Shown here in pieces: positions 51,849 to 51,961 of a DNA stretch of 51,961 bases (position 1 is its first letter; each line of letters starts with the position of its first letter). The notes below the pieces were generated by a model that saw only the letters and a program-made list of their open reading frames with translations, did not search any database and was not told the DNA's origin. Origin of the DNA: Desulfurococcales archaeon ex4484_217_1 (GTDB taxonomy: Archaea > Thermoproteota > Thermoprotei_A > EX4484-217-1); NCBI GenBank assembly GCA_002254745.1, contig NJED01000013.1, positions 1 through 51,961 on the forward strand, written 5' to 3'. Made by a program: the position numbers and the translations under genes.

Positions 51849-51961
51849 TAGAACCTCACCTTTTCTTTATGGAGTTCAGCGTGAACTATATAGTTTTCTG
51901 AATTATTAACTTTACGGGGCGGCGGAGAGCTTTGGCATCGGGACGTTGTTGCTTGCTGGAA

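Noticed and set aside
51915..51961. GC-rich window end as a tRNA, SRP or other structural RNA
   Set aside because: Truncated at 47 nt with no T-loop or other diagnostic motif. It could equally be the 3' end of a minus-strand CDS.

Overview
AT-rich archaeal chromosomal segment. Cren7, CdvABC, archaeal-type SAM synthetase, TIP49 and C/D sRNAs point to Thermoproteota, probably Desulfurococcales-like (inference). Most genes are housekeeping: thermosome, rpoK, topoisomerase IA, enolase, glmM, pyrG, Rio2, metK, NucS, a Zn/Mn ABC system, RqcH and DNA ligase. The most interesting block is about 7.9-12.8 kb. There a second ESCRT-III gene sits head-to-head with cdvA-cdvB-cdvC, followed by an unannotated 46-aa Zn-ribbon Cren7, a dif-like 28-bp palindrome, a 72-bp inverted repeat and an HbYX-tailed proteasome chaperone; a second, tailed Cren7-like gene lies at 4.2-4.5 kb. 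Five candidate box C/D sRNAs were read from intergenic DNA, one apparently a dual guide for tRNA-Lys(UUU). Two DtxR-type operator sites flank the metal regulator. About 15 short deletions or tandem duplications break otherwise conserved genes; sequence or assembly artefact is the most likely cause. No CRISPR array, IS element, tRNA or rRNA gene was seen. All calls come from motif recognition by eye, not from database searches.
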